IMG/VR virus record: IMGVR_UViG_3300010885_074529
Reading direction: 5' to 3' (one strand)
Source: an uncultured virus (IMG/VR IMGVR_UViG_3300010885_074529)
Lineage: Duplodnaviria > Heunggongvirae > Uroviricota > Caudoviricetes
Length of the DNA: 63,150 nucleotides
Numbering within the stretch: position 1 is the stretch's first letter; each line of letters starts with the position of its first letter. The notes beneath the pieces are model-generated. The model saw only the letters and a program-made list of their open reading frames with translations. It had not been told where the DNA came from and searched no databases. The translations under genes and the position numbers were made by a program. Of the stretch, positions 38,709 to 49,275 are shown piece by piece.

Positions 38709-40523
38709 ATGTCAGAAAAATTTTGGCAAAAAAGCCACAAAAACTTAAAAGACTTTTATTTAAGCGGAGGTATTCTCGACAAGAAAACTGGGAAATATCA
38801 ATTCGATCCAGAATATTACGAATTTGATAAATATGAACTTCAGATCGATCCTTGCGAAACATTAGAAGAAGTTGAAAATTACGATTCAGAAAGACGTCAA
38901 AAAGAAATAATAAAGTGTTGCAATTCTTTTTCTTATTTTTGTCATAAGTATGTAAAAATTCTACATCCTATGAAGGGATTGGTACCATTTGTTTTGTATA
39001 AGTATCAGAAAAAAGTAATTAAAGATTATGAAGACTATAGATTTAATATCATTAGCAAATTCAGACAGGGTGGTTTGACAACATGTACTCTTTTATGGGG
39101 TCTTTGGAGATGCGAATTTCAAATGGATCAACAAGTAATGCTTCTTTCCAAAACAGATAGAGAAGCCACAAACATCGGAATGATGGTAGACAGAGCTTGT
39201 GAAAATCTACCGAGCTGGTTAAAGCCTAAAAAAGAAGGCAAGTGGAATGATCATATAAAGCAATTTACAGATACTGGTTCCGCTTTGCAATTTTATTCTC
39301 CCGAGGCCGCTCGTGGTAAGTCAGTAACATTTTTAATCATTGACGAAGCGGCATTTATTGACGATATGGACAAGCACTGGAAGGCTATGTGGCCTATACT
39401 TTCTACTGGAGGTTCTTGTGCATTGGTTTCTACTGTGAACGGCTTAGGCAACTGGTACGAGAAAACATACAAAGAAGCAAAAAGCGGTTCAAATAAGTTT
39501 CATGTTATAGATTTAGATTATTGGGAACACCCTGATTACAATGATGAAAATTGGGCCGCAGAACAAAAAGCTCAGTTAGGAGAAAAAGGATTTTCTCAGG
39601 AAGTTTTAAGAGAGTTTTTGGGATCTGGAGAGACGTATTTTCCTACTAGGGTGCTCAAACAATTAAGCGAACAAACTAGAAAAAATTATCCTAGTAGAAA
39701 ATTGTTCCCACAATGGAACAACAAAATAAAAACGCACTCGGAAAATGAAGAATTAAAAGGAGCTTTTTGGGTATGGAAAGAGCCTATAGAAGGACACGAT
39801 TACATCATAGGAGCAGATTGTGCCGAAGGACAAGGCGAAGAGAACGACAATTCATGTTTTGAGGTAATTGATAGCACAACATTGGAACAGGTAGGAGAGT
39901 TTTATTCCAATGTTGTCTTGCCTCACGAATTTGCAAAAGTTCTCAATGAAGTAGGGCTTTATTACAATAATGCTTTATTAGCTATAGAACATATGGGTCC
40001 TGGTGGTGCTGTTATAAGCAACCTACAGCATAATTTTGGATATGATAATTTGTATTATGATACAAGCAAAGTAACTTCAACTACGAAGCCTGGCATAAAA
40101 GTAGGACAAACAAACAGAATTCTTTTTCTAGAATCTTTGCAAAACAGGCTAATCAACCAAACCATCAGAATAAATAGTATGCGTTTTTCAAGAGAAATAG
40201 ACACTTTTGAATACAATTCGACCACAAAAAAAGCTCAAGCTCGAAAAGGACAACATGATGACGCAATAATGGCGATGTGCATGGCTTTATATGTTAGAGA
40301 ATCAATAGCCAGAGATATGCCAGTAGGAGCAGAACCTATCAGAGAAGTAAGCTCTTTGATAAAGTCACAAATCTATGACGAAATTAAGAAAGAACTAGAA
40401 GAAGGAAGATTAGAAAACTTTTTAGAAGACGAAATAGATGTCTTGGCTCCAGAAATGGACTACAATCCTTTGATGGGCTTGCAAAGAAAGAATGAAAATA
40501 TACTCCGAGAATTTGGATGGTAA
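38709..40523 (+). CDS. gp17: terminase large subunit (T4 gp17-like)
   Basis: LYKYQ, KFRQGGLTT (Walker A variant), LIIDEAAFI, STVNG, GADCAEG, HDDAIMA. Confidence 0.93.
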   Translation: MSEKFWQKSHKNLKDFYLSGGILDKKTGKYQFDPEYYEFDKYELQIDPCETLEEVENYDSERRQKEIIKCCNSFSYFCHKYVKILHPMKGLVPFVLYKYQKKVIKDYEDYRFNIISKFRQGGLTTCTLLWGLWRCEFQMDQQVMLLSKTDREATNIGMMVDRACENLPSWLKPKKEGKWNDHIKQFTDTGSALQFYSPEAARGKSVTFLIIDEAAFIDDMDKHWKAMWPILSTGGSCALVSTVNGLGNWYEKTYKEAKSGSNKFHVIDLDYWEHPDYNDENWAAEQKAQLGEKGFSQEVLREFLGSGETYFPTRVLKQLSEQTRKNYPSRKLFPQWNNKIKTHSENEELKGAFWVWKEPIEGHDYIIGADCAEGQGEENDNSCFEVIDSTTLEQVGEFYSNVVLPHEFAKVLNEVGLYYNNALLAIEHMGPGGAVISNLQHNFGYDNLYYDTSKVTSTTKPGIKVGQTNRILFLESLQNRLINQTIRINSMRFSREIDTFEYNSTTKKAQARKGQHDDAIMAMCMALYVRESIARDMPVGAEPIREVSSLIKSQIYDEIKKELEEGRLENFLEDEIDVLAPEMDYNPLMGLQRKNENILREFGW

Positions 40524-40524
40524 A

Positions 40525-41457
40525 ATGTCATATAAAAAATACATAGAAATTAAAAATCAAATAAAATCAGAAGTATCAATAGAAAAATACAAAGAAAAAT
40601 TATCTGAAAATATTTCTGCGTTGTTTCTGAATCCAGATCCGGTTGTTGTCGAACAAGTGAAGAAAAATTTAATTGATGAATTTGAAATACAAACTCTATT
40701 GCAGGAAAAACTATATCCAAATCAAGAAAGATTGATGATAGCTATTAAAACAGGAGATCCAAAAAAAGTAGCAGCAGAAAGAAAAAGTTTTAACGAGTGG
40801 TCTTTCGATAGACAAGACAAATTAACAGAAAAAATAAAAAACATTTTATTGTTATATGAAAACGGCTTTTATTCCAACACCATAACCTCAAAAGAAATAG
40901 ACAGCATTGTAAATTCTTACACGACACAATCTTTGAGGAAAGTAAATGAGATAGGTAGTTCGATAGACTTAACTATTGATAAAATAAAATGGCACAATCA
41001 CAATGTACTTATAGAAGCAATTTACCCCGATCAAGATTTCACCCCAACTGAGGCTCTTGTTTCTGTTGGAAGCAGCTATGTCAAAAGCTTTATAGTAAAT
41101 CTAGTTGATAATCAAATAACAAATATTCCAAACGATCAACTACCAAAAAAGTTAAAGGAAGATTGTGATTGTTTGATGGAAAATTTATTTAAAAACTCTA
41201 AAGAAAAAAGAATTATAAGCTTATATTTTAACACTCCGATAAATGAAAGAAAGTTTATAGAAAACATTAAGAAAGAAATAGTATTAGGAGTAAAACAATA
41301 CTTGCCATATAATACAACACTAAAAAAAGAAGCTACGATATTAGAAGGACAAGACGCATGGAAGGTGACACTAGATGAAAGCAATATAAAAAGAAATGGA
41401 GATGTTTTTCTGGTTTTGTCTGAGGACGTTGCTGTAAAATGGATAAAAAGAATATGA
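40525..41457 (+). CDS. hypothetical protein
   Basis: ATG directly after the terminase stop; start MSYKKYIE. Confidence 0.65.
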   Translation: MSYKKYIEIKNQIKSEVSIEKYKEKLSENISALFLNPDPVVVEQVKKNLIDEFEIQTLLQEKLYPNQERLMIAIKTGDPKKVAAERKSFNEWSFDRQDKLTEKIKNILLLYENGFYSNTITSKEIDSIVNSYTTQSLRKVNEIGSSIDLTIDKIKWHNHNVLIEAIYPDQDFTPTEALVSVGSSYVKSFIVNLVDNQITNIPNDQLPKKLKEDCDCLMENLFKNSKEKRIISLYFNTPINERKFIENIKKEIVLGVKQYLPYNTTLKKEATILEGQDAWKVTLDESNIKRNGDVFLVLSEDVAVKWIKRI

Positions 41458-41720
41458 AAAATAACACATTTCAGGCTAAATTCTATTTAGAAAAAGCTCT
41501 TTCCAATATATCATCAGATTTTTCTTTAATAGATGTAAAACAAAACATACGCACAGCTATATCGAAAATAAACGAAGTAGAAAATAAAAGAAATAAAAGA
41601 GAAGTTTTAAAAAATAAAAGACAAAACAAAAAAGAGAAATATGCTCCAGAAGCAATCAATATAATTGACGTAATGATAGAAGAAGAAAAAAGTAAACAAA
41701 ACAATAAAGACGATGAGTGA
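41454..41720 (+). CDS. small coiled-coil protein
   Basis: Coupled ORF. Confidence 0.55.
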   Translation: MKNNTFQAKFYLEKALSNISSDFSLIDVKQNIRTAISKINEVENKRNKREVLKNKRQNKKEKYAPEAINIIDVMIEEEKSKQNNKDDE

Positions 41721-42241
41721 AAAGGAATCATATGAAAAAAAATTGGCACGGATTAATGAAAATTATAGACATTCAACACGTTAGAGGTTCGAAGGTAATA
41801 TGGGAACAAAAAAACATTTATAATTATCTTCACACATTGGGAGAAGAGTTTTTACTGAAGTGTTGTTTTGCAACAGATGCTACTCATCCACCAGCTCAAT
41901 ATTATTTTGGACTAGACAATAGATCGTCTATCAATATAGCGGACACAATGACGTCTGTAACAAACGAAGCTATTGGCAGTGGATATTCTAGAAGATCTGT
42001 TTCTTCTAGCAGTGGATTTACAATAGAACAAATTGGCGGCGTCTATAGGGCTGCTAGTCAGATTATAACATTTACATCTAGTGGAAACTGGACTTCTGTG
42101 AATACTTTATTTTTAACCAATTTAAATTCTAACAGTGGAACGCTTATTTCTTCTGCCTCTTTATCTTCTGCTGTGTCTTTACAGAGTGGAGATTCTGTGA
42201 ACATGAGAATGTCTCTTTCTCTGCAGGACGTTTCTAGCTGA
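41717..42241 (+). CDS. putative virion or tail-associated structural protein
   Basis: E..GSGYSR, ITFTSSGNW, GTLI...L..GDS pattern seen in small phage structural proteins. Confidence 0.55.
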   Translation: MKRNHMKKNWHGLMKIIDIQHVRGSKVIWEQKNIYNYLHTLGEEFLLKCCFATDATHPPAQYYFGLDNRSSINIADTMTSVTNEAIGSGYSRRSVSSSSGFTIEQIGGVYRAASQIITFTSSGNWTSVNTLFLTNLNSNSGTLISSASLSSAVSLQSGDSVNMRMSLSLQDVSS

Positions 42242-42644
42242 TTGTTTGCAACAAAACCTCTATAGGTTTTATCTCTATGAAGTGAACAATATTAAAATTA
42301 TTTTTATCTTTTGTTGTTTTAGAATATTGTTTAAAGGTCATTTCCTCACAACCCCCATCTTTAACATCTAGCAATCTTATCGAACTAGGTGTTTTTGAAT
42401 TTATAAAAATTTGAGGTAAATTTAAAGTATAGCCATCAGGATTAGGGGTTATAGGAATAGATTCTTTTATGTTGGTAAGATAATATTTACAAAAAACTTC
42501 AATTGCTGGTTCGCTTGTGTTTATTTTATCAATCCAAACAGGCACATTAAAACCAATGGTTTCTATTGGATTGCCTTCAAAAAGGCTATATCTTTCCTCC
42601 CTATTGAGGAAAATATAATGAGAAATTGTTAATGTTGTAAACAT
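42234..42644 (-). CDS. hypothetical protein
   Basis: ORF after a TATATA box. Confidence 0.55.
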   Translation of the reverse strand: MFTTLTISHYIFLNREERYSLFEGNPIETIGFNVPVWIDKINTSEPAIEVFCKYYLTNIKESIPITPNPDGYTLNLPQIFINSKTPSSIRLLDVKDGGCEEMTFKQYSKTTKDKNNFNIVHFIEIKPIEVLLQTIS

Positions 42645-42695
42645 AAATAATATATAATACTAAAGTGTTTCCAAGTCAATATAACTAGGAGGATT

Positions 42696-43568
42696 GTGAA
42701 TAGATTTTTTATGTTGATTTTGTTTGTTTTCTCTAGCTCTGTGTGTTGCTCAGCACCTGTCGAGATTGATCCTCTCGATAAGATGCCAATTATGGAGAAT
42801 TTGCCTTCGAGCTTAAGAGGCTATTCTCCAACAGAAGAAAGAGGCATAGAATACAGAAAATTCTTAGCTGCATCAGTGAAAATAGGATTTTTAAACGCAA
42901 GTGGTTCGGGTACCATAGTTTATTATGATGTAGAAAAAAATATTGCGTATGTTGCCACTTGTGGACACTTATGGGATAATGGGACAATGTCAGCAAAAGA
43001 AGGTGCTGCCAAAAAAATGAAATGTAAGGTAATAGCGTATTATCATAATAAAGAAAAATTAAAAGAAACAAAATCATATCCAGCAGATGTAATTTTTTAC
43101 AGCCATACAGCCGACCAAGATACAGCACTAATAACATTCAAACCTGATTGGGTTCCCGAATATTATCCAATAGCCTCATCAAATTATGTTTACAAAAAAA
43201 ATTCTATTGTCCATTCGTGTGGGTGCGATGGAGGAAGAGAAGTAGCACACTATTCTGTGAAAATCGATCAAGTCAATGATAATGTTATCACTAAAATGAA
43301 CAGTCCTAGACCTGGTAGATCTGGTGGTGGTTTGATGGATGATTCTGGATACTATATCGGTACGTGTTGGGGCACGCAGTATATCGATGGAAGTGGAATT
43401 GGTTATTTCACGCCGCTAGCTGATATTCATAGTTTTTGGGGAAAACAGTCTGGTTATGAGTTTTTACTAAACCGACCTCTTAAAGTAAAATTCGCTCAAA
43501 CAATTCCTATAAAAGATCACCAACAAAAAAAATCATATATCTCACCAGATTATATTTTAATCCCTTAA
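42696..43568 (+). CDS. trypsin-like serine protease with signal peptide
   Basis: GSGT, TCGH, D(TAL), GRSGGG catalytic motifs; AGGAGG RBS. Confidence 0.88.
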   Translation: MNRFFMLILFVFSSSVCCSAPVEIDPLDKMPIMENLPSSLRGYSPTEERGIEYRKFLAASVKIGFLNASGSGTIVYYDVEKNIAYVATCGHLWDNGTMSAKEGAAKKMKCKVIAYYHNKEKLKETKSYPADVIFYSHTADQDTALITFKPDWVPEYYPIASSNYVYKKNSIVHSCGCDGGREVAHYSVKIDQVNDNVITKMNSPRPGRSGGGLMDDSGYYIGTCWGTQYIDGSGIGYFTPLADIHSFWGKQSGYEFLLNRPLKVKFAQTIPIKDHQQKKSYISPDYILIP

Positions 43569-44408
43569 TCAAAAATTCTTAATTATCAACTCTTTGCCTT
43601 TTTGCTTTGTTTTACTGGCACCATCCGCACTGGATGTGCCTGAGTACGTCCATTGCTCGCTTGATAAATTATAATCTTTGTACAGATTGCGAATAAAGGA
43701 ATTATCATCGTAAGATAAAACAAACTTATGCTTACATTGCTTTATATCTGAGGCAAGCTTTTCGTGATCTGCAACTTCGAAGTTTTTATCATACAGCCTA
43801 GAAGACTCAGGCTGCTGAGTATTACAGAAATATGGTGGATCTATATAGACCAAAACATCTGTGCCGTCCTCAAACAAAGGTGTTTCATAACTACCTGATG
43901 TTATCTTCACATCTTGTAAAACTTGTGCAGCTTTTTCTAATTTGTTGGTCTTAACTATATTCCAGCCACTAGGATTAGAAAAATACATCCTTGATTTCAT
44001 GCTATATCTGACTCTGCCACCCCAGACTGTTCTGTTAATGAACAAATATCTTAATGCTTGATCCATGCTTTCATCTTCAGAAAAAGCATCAAATATTTTT
44101 TTTAATTGAGCACTATAAATTGCTTTGCCATTTTTTGCAGCAATTAAACTGTCTTTTTTAGAAGCAGGTAGTATATTTTTACATTCTTTTATGAAATCTG
44201 CTGATCTATTTTTCAAAGCAAGATATACAGATATCAAATTAGAGTCTATATCGTTGGCCCATCTTTTCAAATTAAGAGGAGCAGAAAATAAAATTCCACC
44301 TCCACCTGTCATGATGTCTCTAAGCTCTAGATATTTTTCTGGAAAAGATTGAAATATTTTCTCTTTAACAGATTTTCTACTTTTTCCACCCGGATAACGA
44401 AATATCAA
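43569..44408 (-). CDS. dam: Dam-like DNA adenine methyltransferase
   Basis: RYPGGKS, GGG, NDID, DPPY, LSYDD, ELII; probable TTG start overlapping the upstream TGA. Confidence 0.9.
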   Translation of the reverse strand: MIFRYPGGKSRKSVKEKIFQSFPEKYLELRDIMTGGGGILFSAPLNLKRWANDIDSNLISVYLALKNRSADFIKECKNILPASKKDSLIAAKNGKAIYSAQLKKIFDAFSEDESMDQALRYLFINRTVWGGRVRYSMKSRMYFSNPSGWNIVKTNKLEKAAQVLQDVKITSGSYETPLFEDGTDVLVYIDPPYFCNTQQPESSRLYDKNFEVADHEKLASDIKQCKHKFVLSYDDNSFIRNLYKDYNLSSEQWTYSGTSSADGASKTKQKGKELIIKNF

Positions 44409-45193
44409 GATTTCTCTCCAGTTAATGAATAAAAAGAACACATCTTTTTATATTCGCATCTTCTACATTGATCTCCAACTCTACCATAAACATCATTTGG
44501 GTTTGTTGATGTTATATGCTTGAAAGTGTCGTGAAGCTCTTTTTGTGCCGAAACCAAAGACTCTTCTGTAAACTTTGTGGCAACAAGATCTCCGCCATCC
44601 AGATAATACAAAGCTGCACGTATATTTTCAGGCTTTGCACCAAATTCTAGTTGAGCTACTCTAGCGTAGCACCTTAACTGTAGATCTTTCCTAATTGTAT
44701 TGGCGTTCTTTCTCCATCTTCCCTTTTTCGTAGTCTTGTAATCTAAAATGAAAAATTTATCTCCCCGAACAATCAATCTATCAATAACGCCTGTTAAAAA
44801 ATGATTATTGGGCGGATCTAAATCAAAATGAAAGAAATGCTCGACTTTCCCATCATAACCAATTTTGTCTGTGAGCGTTTTTATATTTTTCACATGCTCT
44901 GCAAGCTTTTTCTTATATTCATTTTCTATAATAGCAGGCCCTTTTCCTTCTTCAACTTCAATTTTACCAGATAAACATTCTTTAGTTATTTCGTTTATAT
45001 CTTTTTTGCCTTGTTCTTGAACATAGACTTCGGCAATTTTATGAACTAATTTTCCATAAATAAAATAAGGTTGCACTGGCTCGTCCGAAACAAGCTTTAA
45101 GTGGTATTTATACCTGTATTTCGCCTGACAATCACTCCAAGTTTGTTGTCTAGATACCGAAATGTGCTCACATATCAACGTTTCTTCTGACAT
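44405..45193 (-). CDS. PD-(D/E)XK RecB/Cas4-like exonuclease
   Basis: S.S...C, G..VH, GVIDR, DYKT, QL..Y, C..C....C. Confidence 0.88.
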   Translation of the reverse strand: MSEETLICEHISVSRQQTWSDCQAKYRYKYHLKLVSDEPVQPYFIYGKLVHKIAEVYVQEQGKKDINEITKECLSGKIEVEEGKGPAIIENEYKKKLAEHVKNIKTLTDKIGYDGKVEHFFHFDLDPPNNHFLTGVIDRLIVRGDKFFILDYKTTKKGRWRKNANTIRKDLQLRCYARVAQLEFGAKPENIRAALYYLDGGDLVATKFTEESLVSAQKELHDTFKHITSTNPNDVYGRVGDQCRRCEYKKMCSFYSLTGEKS

Positions 45194-45266
45194 AATCTGT
45201 ATTGCCTTTTGATAAGATATACTTTATTATATAGCAGATCTTTCCCCCGCACAATAGAAAATCAAG

Positions 45267-46328
45267 ATGGCCATTGATTCTAAAAAATTTGAAAAATGGG
45301 CTATATCAAAATTTGGCAAGGATAATGTACAAGTAAAAGGCAAAGAGATAAAAATAAACACAATATTTGAACCAGATGATACTGGTCATCATTTGTGGTG
45401 TAATCCTGCTGGAGGCCGGAAGAAACATAAATACGGCGTTTTTCATTGTTTTAAAACAGACAAAAAAGGAAGTTTGGTAAAGCTTGTACAAATTGTCAAT
45501 AGTTGTGACCGTGAAAGTGCAATAGATATTTTAAAGGGCAGAACGCCCATAAGAGAATTAGAAAAAAAACTAGAAGAATTGTTGTCGCACCACGATGAAA
45601 CAAACAAAGAAGAAATCAAACCAACGTTTAGACTGCCGCCCGAATGCTATTTAATTTCAGAACTGGGTAACAACAATTGGTGGAAGAAAAAAGCTGTTGA
45701 TTATCTAGTTGGCCGGAAAATACCTATCGATGGGTTGTACATTTGCACAGGAGATAGATATAAAAATCGAATACTCATACCGTATTACGATGAACATGGC
45801 AAGTTGATTTATTGGAACACAAGAGCACTAGGAAATTCTAAGTGTAAGTATCTAGGACCACCTAAAGAAGTTGGAGTGGGCAAAGAGGATGTAGTTTATA
45901 TGGCGGGCAAATGGCCAGAATCTGGTCAGACTGTGTATATTTGCGAAGGAGAATTCAACGCAAAAAGTTTACAATTAGCAGAACTAAATGCTGCGGCCTG
46001 CGGTGGGAAAAACATGGGCAAAAAACAAGCAATTTTATTATCTAATTACAAGATTGTTTTATGCTTAGATAGAGACAAAGCAGGAAAAGACGGCACTTCA
46101 AAGATGAGTTCCATTATCACATCGTTAGAAACAGCAAAAAGTGATGGAAAAGATAAAATTATGTTTGTAATTCCTCCAAAAGGATACAATGATTGGAATC
46201 AGTTTTTAGTTAAAAACAGTGCGGAACTCTTATATCATTACATTATAAAAAATCAAAAAACAATAGATTACTCCGGACCTAGTGGAACGGTATGTGATTT
46301 CTTTGGATTTAGCGACATATGGAGATAA
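45267..46328 (+). CDS. DNA primase (DnaG/gp61-like Toprim)
   Basis: FHCFK, RILIP, R, ICEGEFNA, LDRDKAG, DWN. Confidence 0.85.
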   Translation: MAIDSKKFEKWAISKFGKDNVQVKGKEIKINTIFEPDDTGHHLWCNPAGGRKKHKYGVFHCFKTDKKGSLVKLVQIVNSCDRESAIDILKGRTPIRELEKKLEELLSHHDETNKEEIKPTFRLPPECYLISELGNNNWWKKKAVDYLVGRKIPIDGLYICTGDRYKNRILIPYYDEHGKLIYWNTRALGNSKCKYLGPPKEVGVGKEDVVYMAGKWPESGQTVYICEGEFNAKSLQLAELNAAACGGKNMGKKQAILLSNYKIVLCLDRDKAGKDGTSKMSSIITSLETAKSDGKDKIMFVIPPKGYNDWNQFLVKNSAELLYHYIIKNQKTIDYSGPSGTVCDFFGFSDIWR

Positions 46329-46329
46329 T

Positions 46330-46740
46330 ATGAAAATAACAACACTAAAAAAAATGCAAGATTTTGTTGGAAAGGTTTGTACAATTCTTACAAGCTCTGT
46401 TTGTAAACCTAATTTTACAGACATTCAATTTCCAGATTTCTTTTTAGGAATCGTAGAAAGTATAGATGAAGATGGGATATTTGCTAAACACCCAATGACG
46501 GGGTGTCAAAGCTTTTATAACTGGATCCACGTTGTTGGAGTGTTTCAAGAACAAGTAATATTAGAAGACGATCCTCAGTACGAAGAGCTAGTAAAAGAAA
46601 TAAAGAAAGCTCCACCTCAACAACAAGCGAATATAGTTCCCGTAGATCCAAGTAAATCTCCATTTGTAGATCCTGAAAGCATGGCTAAATTAGCCAAACA
46701 AGCTCAAGATTTTCAAAAAATAATGATTCAAAAAAACTAA
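46330..46740 (+). CDS. hypothetical protein (Sm/SH3-like)
   Basis: GGAG RBS; FVGKVCTILT...GIVESIDEDGI. Confidence 0.6.
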   Translation: MKITTLKKMQDFVGKVCTILTSSVCKPNFTDIQFPDFFLGIVESIDEDGIFAKHPMTGCQSFYNWIHVVGVFQEQVILEDDPQYEELVKEIKKAPPQQQANIVPVDPSKSPFVDPESMAKLAKQAQDFQKIMIQKN

Positions 46741-49196
46741 CCACGAAGTTTATTTTTTAAATATTCGACTTTTTCAAAAATTGATTTGAATGATAAAACG
46801 TTCCAATCTAGTTTTGGAGCCTCCTCATCAGGAGCTTCTTGTTGTCTTTGTCGATATGCTGCTAACCCACCTCCTATAATTGGAGCCTTAAGAGCAGGAG
46901 GTCTAGACACATCCGGTGGTTTTGGGACAGACAATTGAGGTGCAGGTACAGCACCGCCGATCCTAGGTGCAGAAGACATTTTTTCAACTTGAGCTGTTAT
47001 AATTGTTTTTGGCACATTATCTTGTATCCAAGAAAGAATCTGGGCGTTTATTTGCTCATCAGTTTTGCCCGCATTTTTCAATTTCTCTTTAATATCACCG
47101 TAGAATTTTCTTTCTCCTTTTTGTTTTTCTTCGCTATATGCATCTAAAGGATCGCCCATTTCAACGCTTTTTCTTATGTTTTTAAGTTCGGCAGCAGCAG
47201 CGGCCAGCATTTCATGTTTATCCCAGAGACTAGGAGCTACATGTCTGTATCTTATACCCGCTTCTGGTCTTTCTCCTGTGCTCGAAACATCAATATTTCC
47301 TCCTTCTGTGTCTGTTAGGCTTCCAGTTCGTGTGTTTGGTCTACGCCTTGTTCCTAGATCTTCTCCACCTAATCCATATCTTGATATGCGCTGAAGAATG
47401 CTAGAGGTTTTGGTTGCAGCAAACAATCTTCTTCCTTTGGCTGTTTCTAATTGGTCCGCACCCTTAGTCCTCTTTGCCATCATGTATATTATTTGGTGTA
47501 TGTCCTGCATTTGTCCTCTTGCAAGATCTCGCACAGCATCAGAGGCACCACCAGACATATTCCCTTCAATAGCATTTCTAATACCTTCTAAAAACTCTTT
47601 AACTCCATCAAATGTCACCATGTCATCTGTTGGAGTCTCAACTTCTCTGGCATACATGGCATTCTTTTTTCCTGTTTGAAAAACAAACTTATTTGTCTGT
47701 AAATACTCCTCTTCTACTTCTTTGTCCCTTTCTAAAGACCCAGTTCTGGTCTGTGCCATTGTATTTTTATTAAGCGTGGGGCCGAATGTTTTTGTTCCCA
47801 TAGTAGGACCAAATTCTAAAGAACTAAGCTTTGGCTCTCCTGTTTTAGAATCTACTATCTCATGTTTTGTCCAAATAGGTAATTCCGAAGGTCTTGTTTC
47901 GTCGTGCCACTTCTTTCTTAAAGATTTTGAAAGCCCTTCATGTTGTGAGTGGTCACTATTTATTTTTTTCAAATAAGTGGATGGTTTCACAAGAGGAGTC
48001 CACTTTTCTTCTCCATTTATAATCTTTTTTTCATGTGGCAAATAAATATTAGGCTTTATTATTTTATTGCCAATTTCGCCATCCTTATCTTTTTTTTCTA
48101 TTATTCGAAACACTCTTTCTTCTTTAGAAAGGCCTTCTTCTTTTATTGTCCCATCATCGAGTAATACAGGGCCTGGAACCTTCGGAGCAAATAATTCTCC
48201 TCTTTCTACTTTTTCGTTTACAATTTTTATTGCTGAGGCCTGTGCTTCTTCTTCAAATTTATCTCTTACGCTAGCAGGAACAGAATCGATTCTGATTTTT
48301 CTTTTTTTTACTCCTGTTACGGGGTTTCTTTCTTCAGGAGAGTCTTCTCCGGAATCTTTGGCTTTGGCTTTAAGATACTCGGTTATTTTCATTTCTAATA
48401 TATTTTCTTCTATGCTTTCTAGAGTCCAATCATATGTTGGATCATCTAAACCCACGGACATCCACATAATTCCATGATCTTTTTCTCCTAAAAGTTGATC
48501 TCTTACTTTATTGTGCGTGCCAAAATGACCATGAGAAGCATGTTGAAAATAATTTTTCAAATCTCTCTCCCATTGCTCATCCCCTACCCAATTCGTTCCT
48601 CTAGAAATTTTCTTTGGTTTTGCTAACGGTTTGTTTTCCTCATCATGAGTTATTGTTTTTGGATAAGATAAATCATATCCATATTGACCTATACCTGTGT
48701 TTTCAGATTCGGATTCTGGTAGGTGTGGTTCTCCACGAGTTCTTTCTAGTCTGTGATAAAGTCTATTAAGATAAGGCTTTGCTTTTACTTTGTAGTCCTT
48801 CTTACTTCGATAGCGTCTTAGACCTTTTTTTTCTACTCTTGCCATTGCTTTGAAATTAAATTCTTCTTCTTCATCTAAACCTAATTTTTTTAAGTTTTCT
48901 GTTCTTTTTTTAACTTCTTCAAAGGCATCATCATGGCCTGGCGATTTTGGATCTAATGCGTGTGGGAATTCTTTTTTGATCATATCCATTCTAATTTCAT
49001 GAAGTTTTATCAACGCATCATGCAATTTGTGATATCTTAGAGACATAGCACTCTCCCAATAGTTGGAAGGAAATTGCTCTAGAAACTCTAAATCATCTTT
49101 GTCGAAATTTAAAGGTATTCGGGAAGCCTCTCCTTCCATTTCGCCTTCTCCTCGTCTGGACATTTCTAAAAACATATTAAAAGACATTAGCGGCAT
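46737..49196 (-). CDS. large hypothetical protein with CTS-like leader
   Basis: 819 aa; MPLMSFNMFLE; GAGG RBS; divergent from the neck gene. Confidence 0.7.
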   Translation of the reverse strand: MPLMSFNMFLEMSRRGEGEMEGEASRIPLNFDKDDLEFLEQFPSNYWESAMSLRYHKLHDALIKLHEIRMDMIKKEFPHALDPKSPGHDDAFEEVKKRTENLKKLGLDEEEEFNFKAMARVEKKGLRRYRSKKDYKVKAKPYLNRLYHRLERTRGEPHLPESESENTGIGQYGYDLSYPKTITHDEENKPLAKPKKISRGTNWVGDEQWERDLKNYFQHASHGHFGTHNKVRDQLLGEKDHGIMWMSVGLDDPTYDWTLESIEENILEMKITEYLKAKAKDSGEDSPEERNPVTGVKKRKIRIDSVPASVRDKFEEEAQASAIKIVNEKVERGELFAPKVPGPVLLDDGTIKEEGLSKEERVFRIIEKKDKDGEIGNKIIKPNIYLPHEKKIINGEEKWTPLVKPSTYLKKINSDHSQHEGLSKSLRKKWHDETRPSELPIWTKHEIVDSKTGEPKLSSLEFGPTMGTKTFGPTLNKNTMAQTRTGSLERDKEVEEEYLQTNKFVFQTGKKNAMYAREVETPTDDMVTFDGVKEFLEGIRNAIEGNMSGGASDAVRDLARGQMQDIHQIIYMMAKRTKGADQLETAKGRRLFAATKTSSILQRISRYGLGGEDLGTRRRPNTRTGSLTDTEGGNIDVSSTGERPEAGIRYRHVAPSLWDKHEMLAAAAAELKNIRKSVEMGDPLDAYSEEKQKGERKFYGDIKEKLKNAGKTDEQINAQILSWIQDNVPKTIITAQVEKMSSAPRIGGAVPAPQLSVPKPPDVSRPPALKAPIIGGGLAAYRQRQQEAPDEEAPKLDWNVLSFKSIFEKVEYLKNKLRG

Positions 49197-49275
49197 AGTA
49201 TTTCCTCAACATTAGCGGGTTGAAATATATATCATCAATATTATGTTTTCTCTTACGGATTGAATATATAATACT

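Noticed and set aside
44405..45193. CRISPR-Cas locus suggested by the Cas4-like nuclease
   Set aside because: No array or other cas genes in the window; stand-alone phage exonucleases of this type are common.
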